Assembly: GCA_964510585.1 (NCBI GenBank)
Contig: CAZECW010000196.1
Span: forward strand, 1-32,000
Direction of reading: 5' to 3'
Source: an uncultured archaeon
GTDB taxonomy: Archaea > Asgardarchaeota > Jordiarchaeia > Jordiarchaeales > Jordiarchaeaceae
Length of the DNA: 32,000 bases
Part shown: positions 1-9,383 of the stretch, piece after piece
Layout of the letters: every line of letters starts with the position of its first letter
Position numbering within the stretch: the stretch's first letter is position 1
The notes under the pieces: generated by a model
Seen by the model: the letters and a program-made list of their open reading frames with translations, nothing else
What the model was told of the DNA's origin: nothing
Databases searched by the model: none
Made by a program: the position numbers and the translations under genes

Positions 1-972
1 AACCAAAAGCAAGGAGGAGTATAGAAGGGCGGAGGCAGTCCTCTACAAGGCGGAGGGACTCTCCTACAGAGCCATCGCAAAGAAGATGAACGCAGCATAC
101 CTCTCCGTCTACAAGTGGATCCAGAGATACAAGGAGGGAGGGGTAAACGCCCTCCGCACCAAAACCCGCCCAGGAAAAAAGCCCAGAATAACCCCCGAAC
201 AGAGGAAAGCCATAGTTCAAACCGCCCTCCAAAGCCCCCAGGCCTTCGGCTACCCCAAAAACGAGTGGAGCGTAAGACTCCTTGCGAAACACCTCACCCA
301 GGAGATGGGAATCCACATAAGCAAGACCCACGTGTGGGAAATCCTCCACGAGCTAGGCATAGCCTACAAGAGAGCTAAAGCTGTGGTTGAGAGCCCCGAC
401 CCCGAATACCCGGAGAAAGCCCGCCGGGCGGAGGACTAAAAGAAAATCGCCCCCCCACCCCTTAAAAAAGGGGTTGCAGTAGCCTTCAAGGACGAGAAGC
501 GGCTGGAACCCAAACACAATAATAGGGTCTGGGTGGACGCCCCGAGGAAAGCAAAGGAGGATTCCCACGCCAGGCGTTAATCAGAGGATAAACACCTTCA
601 CAAACCCTGCTCTGGCCCTCCGGGAAGAAGCTCCACCATATCCGCAGGAGGAGGAGAAGCCGAGAATTCAAAGAGCACCTACAACAGCTGCTAAGGTACA
701 TAAAGAAGCACAGACTATCTATAAGAGGATCATCCTCATCATGGACAATGCAACCATCCACCGCAGCCGGGAAACCAGACAGTTCCTTGAGAAACACGCG
801 GAGAAAATAATTCCCCTCTTCTATCTGCCGAAGTACGCACCGCGGTTCAACGAGGTTGAAGGCCAGGTGAACAGACACATCGCACGCAGCGTGCGCACAA
901 ACCACAACTATAAGTATTGAAGACCTAGAGAAAGCGGCACTGTTAACCCAATGGTACCTGTTGTGTGCTGTA
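1..972 (+). mobile_element. IS630-family element, decayed; left part lies outside the window
   Basis: Frame 2 is open from the window start and reads as an HTH/winged-helix region (YRAIAKKM..SVYKWIQRY..WSVRLLAKHL). In-frame TAA at 437-439 is followed by AFKDE (first D of DDE), with another stop at 578-580. A different frame carries IILIMDNATIH and FYLPKYAPRFNEVE and ends at TGA 918-920. The right end is placed at TA 971-972, the IS630 target dinucleotide. Confidence 0.88.
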
Positions 973-1089
973 CATTTTTCGTCTCAAACGCCCTTCTTCC
1001 TGGACGTATTTTTCAAATTGCTTCACTGGTGGAACAACTGTGAGCAGGCTCCCATCAAGGGGCTTAAGGACACTTTCCAAATTGCACAC
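971..1089 (-). pseudogene. N-terminal 39-codon stub of a gene interrupted by the IS630
   Basis: AGGAG lies 9 nt before GTG at 1089. The frame MCNLESVLKPLDGSLLTVVPPVKQFEKYVQEEGRLRRKM runs without a stop into the TA at 972-971. Confidence 0.4.
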
Positions 1090-1306
1090 AATAGGTAACT
1101 CCTAGTTAATTGTGCAAAGAAAGCAACAAGAAAATATACAAGCTCAAATAGATATCACAAATAATCGGACGTATACTCGTTAGTTGCAGATATAAAATCT
1201 TGGGATATGTTTAATTTGCCTTTCTGCTTATTGATAATTGTAACTTATTGTTTTTTTAGTGGATTACGGTATTTATTTCCTCCGCAGGAAGATAAGGCGA
1301 TTGGTG

Positions 1307-1822
1307 ATGCCCACAAAAAACGTCGAAAATTTAGACAGACTGCCCGAGCTTCTAAGCTCGATTAGCAAAATAATCAATGATTTGACCGAAGCTTTTAGTA
1401 TAATATTGGGTGAGATTAATAATCGGCTTAAAGATATAGAGACTAAACACTTGGAGCTTGAGGCGCACGTGAAAAAAGAGGATTCAAACTTAAAAGATAA
1501 TCTTAAAAAATTAAAAGAGGAGCAGGAGAACTTAAATAACAAAATGGAACAAGGCGCAGCGAGTTTCCAAGCATCAATTAGAAATCTTACTGATGTCCAG
1601 ACAAGCATTCAATCAAATCTAAACTCTCTTGAAATTTCCATTCAAAAAATGGATAGAAAATATGAGGATGTAAATAGACTGATGGAAAAACGCTTAATGG
1701 AAATTGTGGAGAATATTTCAAACGTTGTTCACCCAGTTGAGATCTGGAATAAGGAGATGAGCGTTATTAAGGCTGAAGTAGCCAGGCTGTCTCGTGAAAT
1801 AGAAAAAAAGATTATCCGGTGA
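1307..1822 (+). CDS. Coiled-coil hypothetical protein
   Basis: Start moved to ATG 1307 (preceded by GGTG). Heptad-like L/I pattern over most of its 171 aa. Ends 7 nt before the amidohydrolase start. Confidence 0.75.
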   Translation: MPTKNVENLDRLPELLSSISKIINDLTEAFSIILGEINNRLKDIETKHLELEAHVKKEDSNLKDNLKKLKEEQENLNNKMEQGAASFQASIRNLTDVQTSIQSNLNSLEISIQKMDRKYEDVNRLMEKRLMEIVENISNVVHPVEIWNKEMSVIKAEVARLSREIEKKIIR

Positions 1823-1829
1823 TTAGTAA

Positions 1830-3305
1830 ATGCTTGAGTTTGAGGATGTCGAATCAAAAACAATTTTTCGTTTTTACATTGTGGACGCCCATCACCACTT
1901 GGGTGCGGATATCGATGGTCACAGTAATAGAAACCCAGTTGCACCAGGAGGGACCTTCGACTTCTACGTTAAAGTGGGAAAGAAACTCTCAAAGTTATTT
2001 TCCGATAAACCCCATATTTTCAGATACAGCCCACATGGTTTTTTAAATGAATTTATTAGAAATAATAAGAAATGGAAGGACACCCTAAATGGGTCTTGGG
2101 CTGTAGACCAAGTTGTTGTGTTCCCTTTTAACGATGAATTCAAATGGAGGGAGGGGGACGAAGGCAAGGCGATTTACTGGCGTTCCAATGACAACATCGG
2201 AAGATGGGTTACCCGTGCCCCTTACTCTTTAAGATTAATTGGCTTTGGGAGAGTAGTTCCCACCCAGAGAGAACTAGCTATAAGTGAGCTACACAGAGCT
2301 GTAGAACAATTAGGTCTGAGAGGATTGAAACTACATCCCAGATCCGACGGTTGGAGTAGCGATATTGCATCCCCAGAAGTGAAAAATGTTCTCGTTGAAG
2401 CGGCAAAACTTAACATTCCAGTTCTCTTTGACACACGGGGATTTGGTCAAGTGATGGATATACTCGAAGTAACAAAAATGGCTAGAAGCGAACTCCAATC
2501 CCAAAATAAGGCTTTGGTGGAGAACCTAAAGGTAATTATAGCCCACATTGGATTCCACCTGGGACAAAATGAACTATTCGACGTGTTGAGTCACCCCAAC
2601 ATTTATGGTGATACCTCTGGGGTTCACGACACCGGAATCCCTAGATTATTCGAGGAGGCCGTGCAATTATTACAGCCCAATCTTGGAAAGTATAGAAGCT
2701 GGTCAGAAAAAATAATTTTTGGAACAGATTACAACTATTTCGACGTGCCACACGCGGTGCAGTTCATTTCCTTCGTGTTGGGTAATGATTTTCCAGGCAC
2801 TCCTGAAGACGCTCAACGCATACTCGGTTCTAACCTTTTGAAACTGGTTCCCCCCTTTAATAGGGAAACAAAGTCAACCTTCAGGAAAGTACATGTACCC
2901 TTCGAATTGGCGGAATTAACCGAAAAAACTTTAGCGAAACAAATTGCCGATCTGGTGAGTAGTGAAACATATGATCTTTCAAGCATTGATTTCTTCATAG
3001 ATCCGCATCCTAAATTTCAAGTTAGACCCCAAGACTTCAAGATAACCATTTCCCGAAGAGAAAATGAGAGCTGTGAAGACATAAATCTTATAGTACTCTC
3101 CATGCTTGATATATTAACTATAGCAAGATTAGACAACACACTGATGAACTCGTCACCCATAAAAAACAGAATACTTAGATATGATGATGCTGCCTCCCGC
3201 AGAAGCTTTTACAAAAAGCTATGGCCGAGCCACCTAGAAAACAATCCCCAGGAAATGCACGACTTCATAAAATCGATTACTGAAATTGAGAGTTCAAAAC
3301 AATAA
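1830..3305 (+). CDS. Amidohydrolase_2-type TIM-barrel metallohydrolase with a ~140-aa C-terminal extension
   Basis: Motifs DAHHH, RGLKLHP, IIAHIG, IYGDTSG and KIIFGTDY. Confidence 0.88.
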   Translation: MLEFEDVESKTIFRFYIVDAHHHLGADIDGHSNRNPVAPGGTFDFYVKVGKKLSKLFSDKPHIFRYSPHGFLNEFIRNNKKWKDTLNGSWAVDQVVVFPFNDEFKWREGDEGKAIYWRSNDNIGRWVTRAPYSLRLIGFGRVVPTQRELAISELHRAVEQLGLRGLKLHPRSDGWSSDIASPEVKNVLVEAAKLNIPVLFDTRGFGQVMDILEVTKMARSELQSQNKALVENLKVIIAHIGFHLGQNELFDVLSHPNIYGDTSGVHDTGIPRLFEEAVQLLQPNLGKYRSWSEKIIFGTDYNYFDVPHAVQFISFVLGNDFPGTPEDAQRILGSNLLKLVPPFNRETKSTFRKVHVPFELAELTEKTLAKQIADLVSSETYDLSSIDFFIDPHPKFQVRPQDFKITISRRENESCEDINLIVLSMLDILTIARLDNTLMNSSPIKNRILRYDDAASRRSFYKKLWPSHLENNPQEMHDFIKSITEIESSKQ

Positions 3306-3451
3306 ATTTCAAAAAATAAGTAAAAATCTCCTTTAATAAATTTAAGTTTGTTTACACCACAAAAGAATTTAAGCTTTGAATCGAACCTTATCATAGGAAA
3401 AACCCGAAATTAAAGGGGGTCCTCTAAAAAAATAGGGAGGAAAGCCAAAAA

Positions 3452-4948
3452 ATGTCTGAAAAAGATGAAGAATCGGAAAATTTGGATGAACCCGAAGAGG
3501 GTGATTTCAAAAAGTTGGAAAAACTTCCAAAGAAGGAAGATGTTTCAGGAGAACCTGCTGGAAAGCCCATAGAAGAAATCGTGGAAAAAATAGATACACT
3601 AACCGAAGAGGCGGAAAAAGCCGCCGAGAAGGAAGAAGAAATAGTGGAAGAACCAAAAGAAGCGCCAGAAGCCCCCGGAGTGAAACTCAAAATCACAACT
3701 CAAGAAGGGTTAGGCGGATATGTTCTAATAAATGAAGGCGATGCTCAAAAACTTAATGCTATGGAGGGGTCAGTCATAGAATTCGAAGACCCCCTTTCTG
3801 GAACTTGGGGTGTAGCTCTGGCCCGCCCCGACTATGACACCCCCGCTGGTGATATTGTGATGGAGCCTTCTCTCTGCGAAGCCGTGGGGCTAGATGAAGA
3901 TTTTGAGGTAACCGTGAGAAAATTTACTGGTAAACCACAAAAAATTTACAAAATTGTCTTCGGAATCGAGTCGCTTAGTGGCTCCTCAGAGGACGCCATA
4001 CAGGCAGTTGTGGAATCTAAAGAAAAATTCCAAGAGTTTATGGATCACCGGGTAATTTTCAAAGATTGGGTTTTGAAGTGGCCCCAAAAAGAGATAAACA
4101 TTCACATTTCTTCAACAGAGCCGAGCCTGTCTGGGAAGCAAATCGGTGTAATTAATTTCTCAGAGCTCAAAGATTATGAAATAAAACCTTGGAGAGCTGC
4201 GGTGCCATTTAACGCTATACTCCTAATTGACGTATCAAAAAGTATGCTGACGGAAGATATGACGGTTAAAAACATCACCCCTGCGGTGGAAGCTATAAAG
4301 ACGCTGGGAGCCGAAATACCGGAGCTAAAGGAGTTTCTAGAACAGTTCAAAGAGGGAGAAAAAGTAAAACGGGTGAGTGGAGCAGTTTTTGCAGCGCTGC
4401 TCTACTTGGTGGAAAAGGTTGGAAGGGGATATGGCGAAAAAATCGCGGTAATCACGTATAGCGAAACAGCAGATCCACTAACTTTCCTCATGACCGGAGG
4501 GAAAAAATTACCTTACTTCCATCCCGGTAAAAGTAAAATGTCTGGTGTTTCACAACTGGGCCGCCTAATTATAGACCGATTAAACAAAGTTTCCAGTAGC
4601 CACACCAACATGTCCGAAGCCTTAATAAAAGCGCATAAAATGATTAGCATGTGGGAGGAAGAAGCCCCTCAAGAAAAGAAGCCCTCCATGATAGTGCTTC
4701 TGAGCGACGGATTTCCTGACCTTTGGGAGGAGGGACCCCCTGTTGAGATTGCTTACAAGTACTACTCAAACAGAAAAGACACAGTAATTTTTACTGTGGG
4801 GATAGGCAGCGAAGTCCAAGAAAGAATAATGGAAGCCATCGCTAATGCGGGTAAAGGGATATTCTTTAAAGCAGAAGACCTTGGACAGTTGTTGAACTGG
4901 TATCAAAAACTGGCGCGAGACCTGATTGTCAGGTTAGAAGTAGCTTAA
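3452..4948 (+). CDS. Acidic N-tail + Cdc48/VAT N-domain-like region + von Willebrand A domain; no AAA ATPase
   Basis: Residues ~78-160 (VLINEGDAQKLNAMEGSVIEF..GDIVMEPSLCEAVGLDEDFEVTVRK) follow the Cdc48-N double-psi barrel pattern. The VWA domain has MIDAS DVSKS, HTNMSEAL, IVLLSDG and IFTVGIG. Confidence 0.8.
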   Translation: MSEKDEESENLDEPEEGDFKKLEKLPKKEDVSGEPAGKPIEEIVEKIDTLTEEAEKAAEKEEEIVEEPKEAPEAPGVKLKITTQEGLGGYVLINEGDAQKLNAMEGSVIEFEDPLSGTWGVALARPDYDTPAGDIVMEPSLCEAVGLDEDFEVTVRKFTGKPQKIYKIVFGIESLSGSSEDAIQAVVESKEKFQEFMDHRVIFKDWVLKWPQKEINIHISSTEPSLSGKQIGVINFSELKDYEIKPWRAAVPFNAILLIDVSKSMLTEDMTVKNITPAVEAIKTLGAEIPELKEFLEQFKEGEKVKRVSGAVFAALLYLVEKVGRGYGEKIAVITYSETADPLTFLMTGGKKLPYFHPGKSKMSGVSQLGRLIIDRLNKVSSSHTNMSEALIKAHKMISMWEEEAPQEKKPSMIVLLSDGFPDLWEEGPPVEIAYKYYSNRKDTVIFTVGIGSEVQERIMEAIANAGKGIFFKAEDLGQLLNWYQKLARDLIVRLEVA

Positions 4949-4990
4949 CTCCCCCTTTTTTATTTCAAACAAGAATAATTAAAAAAAGGG
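4949..4990. terminator. Probable bidirectional U-rich terminator region between convergent genes
   Basis: CCCCCTTTTTT follows the + gene, and AAAAAAAGGG on the + strand gives a T-run after the - gene. Confidence 0.35.
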
Positions 4991-5007
4991 CGACCTAGAT
5001 TTCAGTT

Positions 5008-8000
5008 TTAAGCTTCGGGGACTATCGTTACCTCCACCAGCGAGTTTAACACTAGTTTGTTTGGTATTTCTTTGGGTTCGTCTGGTTTTTCTAGGTCGAA
5101 AATCATTGTTCCAAGGTAGTAGGTTTTGAGTTCTTTGGGCCTTTGGATCTCCCACACTATGGGTTGGTCTAGGGGCCTTATGGGTTTTCCTCTTGGAAGC
5201 ATGATGGTCTTTTTTTCCTGTGCGATTACTTCTTTTGTTTTTTTATCGAAAATTGCGAATACTATTCTGGCGTTAATATCATAGTCGATAAAGCTTTGAA
5301 CTATTGGAGTTATGCTAAACTCCATTTTTTCTCCTTGAAACATGACGTACTCGGCTAATGGAGGTTTGCTACTGTAACCAACTCTGAACCTCGGCTTGTC
5401 TGAGTAGACTTTTATTTTCTTCCTGTTCACCCAACCCACTATGCCATTCTGACTTAGTTGAAGGTTTATGGTGCACTCATTATCTGTAATGTAGGTGGGT
5501 ATTTTGATGCCTACTTGGGCTAATAGTGTCTCATTTGGTTTAAGGTGTATTGGTATGTCTTCTCTGAAGATTTTCTCCCCCTCTATTTCTCCTTCGCAGT
5601 TAAGGTCGAAGCTGATTTTGTCATCGATTCTATTTGCTATTTGTACCATAAGATTATGCATTGCTCCGGGAGCCAACTGTTTTGGCAGATTCTGGAAAAC
5701 CACTTCCACTGCCCTCCCGATGTTTATAACTGGGACTTCCCGGGTGGATTCCAAGATGTTTTTTCCATTTTTAATGAGGGTAGCCCTTAAACAGAAGTGT
5801 TCGGTGCCTTGAGGTACAATAATAGGATTTATCTCAATGAGGGTTTCTGACTGTACACTATCTATGCTTCTTGTGGTAATCATGTGGGGTTGATCGTTAA
5901 TTAGGGCTTCGACATTAAGAATGAGGGGTTTTTCGCTTTCCCTGATTTTTCCAATTTTGAGACCTCCACTAATGGGCATATTAATGAAGGCTTTTTCGGG
6001 TACATTTAACCATTCTATTTCTATGGGAGGCCCTTTCACCAGTTTAAACTTGTGGGGGAGCTCTTCATACTCAAGTAGGCTTCCCCCTTGATAAAGTTCT
6101 ATGCCGACCTTCATTATGTCGCTACGGAGGTTATTTAGCACGTCCTCGGTGGCTTTCCAACTCGTGGTTATTATTGCCTTCTTTGTGGGATTTATTGTTT
6201 CTTCTTTAAGTACCATCTCAAACTCTTTTCTGGTTGTGGATTTTAGCTTGACAACCACGCTAACTGGATCTGTTGACGCTATTCTGGTGGCGTCTACGGA
6301 AAAGCTGATTTCAATTGGTTCACCTATTTGGTAGATTTTGTTTGGCTCCTTCTTTACTTCGAGGGAAACTTCCGGCGTCTGGAAGAAAACCCTAAATGCG
6401 GGAGACCTGCTTTCAGAAATGATCTTCCCATCTTGGTCTATGACCTGTGCTACAATGGAACACTGAGGACTGAGAAATGACGACTTGGCCATACGGGGAT
6501 GTAGAACTAGTGGTGGAATCTCATTCCAACTGCCCTCTTGCTGGGCTTCCAATGCGTCTTTGGCCCACTGGAGTTTAGACATTTCCTCAGACATGGCAAC
6601 AAAGAGCTCCTGCTCTTTGGCACGCATATTTTTTAGCTTTTCTCCCCAGGGTTGACCTTCGCTGCTAATCGAGTAAAACGTTTGCCCCTGATCAATATCC
6701 ACAATTGAAACCTTCAGCGTTAAATTCATGTCCAGAGGTGTAGCATTCTCTATAAAGACTGCATAAGGCACTTCTGTTGCCCCAGTAACTATCACTCCAT
6801 CGACTTGAGCGATAAGGTTGCTCTTGCAGGTAACATGGTAAGCCTGTATTGAGGTTCTCTCAATGGCTATTGTTTCAGTTCCAACTTTTAATTCACTCTT
6901 CAGAATGTATTGTGGCACGCCCATTATTGTTTCGAATTCGATTTCTCCCACTCTTTTCTCCGCAGGCTCCAGTCTATCCACTACAAAGGTTTCCCTCAGT
7001 CTCTCTTCGCCTAAACTGTCATAGACTAGACTCTCAATTGATATATTCTCCAATGGCTTCTTGCCCTTGTTCTCTAAGAACAGCCTACAGGTTACGGGTT
7101 GGCCCTCGAAAACAACTTCGGGTTTTATTTGAATCTCCATGCTAGCGGTTACAGGGAATATTTCTTGTAGGTTAGGTGTGCCGTGAATGGGGTCACTCCA
7201 AACATCGGCGCAGCTCTGATCGGCTATGATTTGTAACTCTCGAGAGAGGCGTTCCATATTTGCCTTGAGTTCCACGAATTTTAAGAGTTGGTAATCAGCG
7301 GTTGTAAGTGGTGTGGGGAAGCTACCTGACAGGTCCCCGTAGATTGTTAGCATAATTGGTTTAAGATATTCTGAACGCAGTATTCCCATTTCCTCTAGTT
7401 CATCCTTAATGTAGAGTATCATGTTTTTTACTGCTTCATGCATCCTTCTCAGGAACTCTGTTCCCTCTTCTGGGTTTTCATAGTAGTAGAATTTGGAGAA
7501 CTCCGGATAATCTTTTAGGAAGCTATCTATCTCCTTCTGTTTAAAGAAGGGCCCCATAAGGCCCCATCTAATTGCTGATCTGCGATTCTTTATCAAAGTC
7601 TCGGAATCCACATTGGGAATCTTTTCCCCTTTTTCAAAAATTTTCTTGGCCTTCAGAGCCAAAGCTTGAATCAGAGCTGCTAAGGCTATTCTTCTAATTA
7701 AACTTATTTGGGAGTCGAAAACTCTTACCTCTACTGTGCCAAAGGAAGTGAAGGGAAACATGTCACACATTCGGGCGGGTACACGGCCCACAACGCTTTC
7801 AAATTTCTTTTCATCATAACTTTCAACATAAGGTATATAGTGCTGGGCATCGTCCGGTCCCAATTGTTTAATGTTCCTCTCTAACCTTATGCTCCTCACG
7901 CACCCCGGAGCATGCAGCTTTCCATCCTTTATCTGAACAATATCTGTTGGTTTTCCCTCCACAAAGGGCGAATTCACGGACAACGCTATTAAATGGGGTA

Positions 8001-8574
8001 AAAACGCCCTCAATAAATTATAGACATGAATACGTAGCTTGGGGTCGGGGACACCAATGTGGTGGTGGTCTCCGAAACTGAGTCCCTGCTGGTAATCCAT
8101 AAGAGGGTTTAAACCCGTTGTGACAACCTTAACACCTGGAGGGAGTGCATCATGAGACAGTTTAACAAGAGTGTGCGCCCACCAAGTCAACTCCTCGAAG
8201 GTGTCGCAGGGCGGAGTTGCTACCTCCAAAATCCAAGTTATGGCTGTCATATGGGGGTCTTTCCCCATAATTTCCACATCTATCTGTTTCCCATCTGGAA
8301 GCTTGTAGCTACATATTAGTGTGTCTCCTCTTTTTTGCACCTGTTCCACTCTTACGTTTGAAACCTTTCTGCTAATGTAGGTTGTTATGGGATCCTGTGG
8401 TTTCTTTAGAATGTTTTTTAGGTTTTTGGCTGCTTCTTCCACGATTTTGCCCATGATGCTAACCATTTTTTCGCCGTCAATCCACGTTCCTTTAAGGTTT
8501 ACAATCTGGATTTCCATCTCTATGCCGTGTGTGAACGGCATCTTCAACAATTGTAGGTTGTTCTGGGTTGGCAT
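5008..8574 (-). CDS. YbdK/GCS2-family carboxylate-amine ligase fused to ~700 aa of repeated beta-sandwich (Ig-like) domains
   Basis: Motifs THGIEMEIQIVN, LEVATPPC, TGLNP, FGDHHHIG, LPHLIALSVNSPF and DMFPFTSFGTVEVRVFDSQ. The tail has alternating beta patterns such as VFEGQPVTCRLFLENKG and LAPGAMHNLMVQIANR. GGAGG lies upstream of the ATG. Confidence 0.88.
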   Translation of the reverse strand: MPTQNNLQLLKMPFTHGIEMEIQIVNLKGTWIDGEKMVSIMGKIVEEAAKNLKNILKKPQDPITTYISRKVSNVRVEQVQKRGDTLICSYKLPDGKQIDVEIMGKDPHMTAITWILEVATPPCDTFEELTWWAHTLVKLSHDALPPGVKVVTTGLNPLMDYQQGLSFGDHHHIGVPDPKLRIHVYNLLRAFLPHLIALSVNSPFVEGKPTDIVQIKDGKLHAPGCVRSIRLERNIKQLGPDDAQHYIPYVESYDEKKFESVVGRVPARMCDMFPFTSFGTVEVRVFDSQISLIRRIALAALIQALALKAKKIFEKGEKIPNVDSETLIKNRRSAIRWGLMGPFFKQKEIDSFLKDYPEFSKFYYYENPEEGTEFLRRMHEAVKNMILYIKDELEEMGILRSEYLKPIMLTIYGDLSGSFPTPLTTADYQLLKFVELKANMERLSRELQIIADQSCADVWSDPIHGTPNLQEIFPVTASMEIQIKPEVVFEGQPVTCRLFLENKGKKPLENISIESLVYDSLGEERLRETFVVDRLEPAEKRVGEIEFETIMGVPQYILKSELKVGTETIAIERTSIQAYHVTCKSNLIAQVDGVIVTGATEVPYAVFIENATPLDMNLTLKVSIVDIDQGQTFYSISSEGQPWGEKLKNMRAKEQELFVAMSEEMSKLQWAKDALEAQQEGSWNEIPPLVLHPRMAKSSFLSPQCSIVAQVIDQDGKIISESRSPAFRVFFQTPEVSLEVKKEPNKIYQIGEPIEISFSVDATRIASTDPVSVVVKLKSTTRKEFEMVLKEETINPTKKAIITTSWKATEDVLNNLRSDIMKVGIELYQGGSLLEYEELPHKFKLVKGPPIEIEWLNVPEKAFINMPISGGLKIGKIRESEKPLILNVEALINDQPHMITTRSIDSVQSETLIEINPIIVPQGTEHFCLRATLIKNGKNILESTREVPVINIGRAVEVVFQNLPKQLAPGAMHNLMVQIANRIDDKISFDLNCEGEIEGEKIFREDIPIHLKPNETLLAQVGIKIPTYITDNECTINLQLSQNGIVGWVNRKKIKVYSDKPRFRVGYSSKPPLAEYVMFQGEKMEFSITPIVQSFIDYDINARIVFAIFDKKTKEVIAQEKKTIMLPRGKPIRPLDQPIVWEIQRPKELKTYYLGTMIFDLEKPDEPKEIPNKLVLNSLVEVTIVPEA

Positions 8575-8590
8575 TTTCTAATACCCTCCA

Positions 8591-9376
8591 CTAGGTGAAT
8601 TCTTTTTCGGCTATTTCACTAAAAGCTTGAATCAAATTGCGAATCTTGTCTGCTTCTACAATGTCGCTGGTAATAGTTAAGTCCAAGATGGAAACATCAA
8701 TATTTGCTGATTCCGCTATAACTTTTAAGCAGTAGGTGAGACTTCCCCCACCAAATACTCTGTCATCATCTATTATTTTATAACTTTCATTTAGCAATCC
8801 CTTAAGTTTACCGATAATATTGTGAGGATCTCTCCGAATATTTTTGTCGACAAAAATTTTACTTCCACCAGAGGGTAACATGGGAAGCGTTCTCAAATTA
8901 ACTATGATTCCCCCCTTACCCTTAGAGCTGCTAACCTTATCTACAAATAGCAGTTGAACAATTCTTGCTATGTTCTCGCTTACTTCCAATCTTCCTTCAG
9001 GGTCTGAAAAGAAAAAATATGAGAAAGGCTTACTCATACTCTCAAATTCCTGGTAAATCTTCTGAATAATGTCAAACAGCACTTCGTCGTCCTCTCCGTA
9101 GGAGGTGGAGCATACTGCAAAAGGAATTCCCACATTTTCAGTTTCGGAAACAGGACTTATTCTACCATAATTCTTGAAACTTTCCAACTCTTCCGTTACT
9201 AAGATCCTATCTACTGCCTTTTCTAAAAACGGAAAAACTTCCGTTTTATAGTTCGTAATCAACAAAACCGCCTCGTCCAGGGCAACCTTATATCTCTTTA
9301 ACAATTCCAAGAATTCCTCAGTTACTCGTTCAAACCTGCTAGTAATTTTCCCTGTTTCATTTTGGGTTTCCAACAT
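8591..9376 (-). CDS. Hypothetical protein; possibly a degenerate N-formylglutamate amidohydrolase / Zn-exopeptidase fold
   Basis: The ORF is clear. The motif order PFAVCSTSYG .. GIIVNLRT .. VFGGGSLTY .. ILDLTI parallels FGase PHxG .. IDxHS .. PYxGGxxT .. QIEI, but without the His/Glu ligands. Confidence 0.6.
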   Translation of the reverse strand: MLETQNETGKITSRFERVTEEFLELLKRYKVALDEAVLLITNYKTEVFPFLEKAVDRILVTEELESFKNYGRISPVSETENVGIPFAVCSTSYGEDDEVLFDIIQKIYQEFESMSKPFSYFFFSDPEGRLEVSENIARIVQLLFVDKVSSSKGKGGIIVNLRTLPMLPSGGSKIFVDKNIRRDPHNIIGKLKGLLNESYKIIDDDRVFGGGSLTYCLKVIAESANIDVSILDLTITSDIVEADKIRNLIQAFSEIAEKEFT

Positions 9377-9383
9377 CTGTCAC

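Noticed and set aside
953-1099. Imperfect inverted repeat ggtacctgttgtgtgc (953-968) / gcacacaataggtaac (1084-1099), suggesting a MITE
   Set aside because: One arm is the IS630 end and the other overlaps the RBS/start of the interrupted gene. There is no target duplication, so it is treated as probable coincidence.
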